64,000 nucleotides of DNA, taken from Octopus vulgaris. Taxonomy: Eukaryota. A model generated the notes under the pieces. It did no database searches, was not told where the DNA came from, and worked only from the letters and a program-made list of their open reading frames with translations. Where the stretch lies: positions 203,298,001 through 203,362,000 of the forward strand of contig OX597814.1 in assembly GCA_951406725.2 (NCBI GenBank), read 5' to 3'. How positions within the stretch are numbered: position 1 is the stretch's first letter; every line of letters starts with the position of its first letter. Positions 63,011 to 64,000 of this stretch are shown piece after piece. The position numbers were made by a program, and so were the translations under genes.

Positions 63011-64000
63011 GGCCATATTGACAGGAGCTGGAGAGCTGCACCCGGTTCCAATTGTCTGGATGCCCTTCCTAATGCCAACCACTTTACAGAGTTGACTGGG
63101 TGCTTTATGAGTGGAATCTGGTTGTTGTGAACTGTGTGGAAGCCTTTGTTATGTGTCATTACCATCATCGTTTTGAGTGCTTAAGTTAACTAGAAGCTAT
63201 GGTAAAGACACTTAAGATGTCACACGGTGGGATTGAACCCAGAATCTCATGAATGTGAAGTAAACTTCTTCACCACTTGGCCACACATTGTATTAAGGAC
63301 AAACAAATTTAATTTCCTGGAGCTGATATTCTAAATAAAATATTTGCTAAGTTTTGTTTTTTTCCTTTCCCCATTATATACATCCAAATTCCATCTGATA
63401 AATTCCATAGTTTAATTAGAGTGAAGTAAAGATAGTTAACTGTTAATTGCAGTAATTTGATATTAAAATAATTAGCAATCTTCTTTTACATTTATTAATT
63501 ACTGTGCTAGACATAATGCTTAGTGGCATTTTCCGGATCTTTATGTTCCAAGTTCAAATCCTTCCAAAGTCAAATTTGCCTTTCATCTTTTTAGGGTCAA
63601 TAAAATAAAGTACCCGTCAAATACTGGGGGTTGATGTAATTGATTAATCCCCTAATACTAAAATTAGTGACCTTGTGCCCAAATTAGAAAGAACTATTCT
63701 TAAGGAATTAGAGACAGTGGAATATAAGGGAGTTTAGATTTAGGAGATTAAAGGTCAAAGTGAAGGTTCACTAAAATCTACAGGGCAGTGAATTACTAAG
63801 TGAACTGTGATATGATTTGTGAAATCATCTGAAAATAGTCCTTTTATCAAATAATGGTTTAAAAGTAAAAGCATTAGTTGTGCATATTCCCAAAACATTG
63901 TAAACTAGCATTTGCTTGTCATAGTGCTAGTGCATGCATATACACTCGAGTACTGTCTAAATCTCCTACCAATCGCATACAGCTAGCTGGCATTCAATTG

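Overview
AT-rich, repeat-dense eukaryotic genomic DNA. The SINE/LINE repertoire and (TA)n/(CA)n/(CAT)n microsatellites suggest an octopus or other coleoid cephalopod; this is an inference from recalled repeat families, not a database result. Only one complete protein-coding gene could be built by hand: a four-exon eIF1/SUI1 gene on the minus strand (CDS 21773-21746, 18811-18651, 18534-18403, 18301-18287; 111 aa). Its start codon is in a poor context (UGU-AUG-A), matching the known eIF1 autoregulatory design. Upstream lie an 8-copy ~155-bp minisatellite and a probable divergently transcribed first exon with a 12-codon ORF, so 24-64 kb may be mostly intron. The rest is transposon debris: a Helitron with nested SINE and mariner insertions, Tc1/mariner, hAT, piggyBac and Tigger-like MITEs, and RTE, CR1 and R4/Dong-like LINE fragments. 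The least expected signals are a near-intact type I hammerhead ribozyme motif (minus strand, ~57633-57728) with several decayed relatives near (TA)n tracts, a near-perfect 454-bp inverted repeat, and a duplicated segment whose two copies differ in CpG decay. Most ORFs in the supplied track are spurious. Boundaries of old repeats are approximate.
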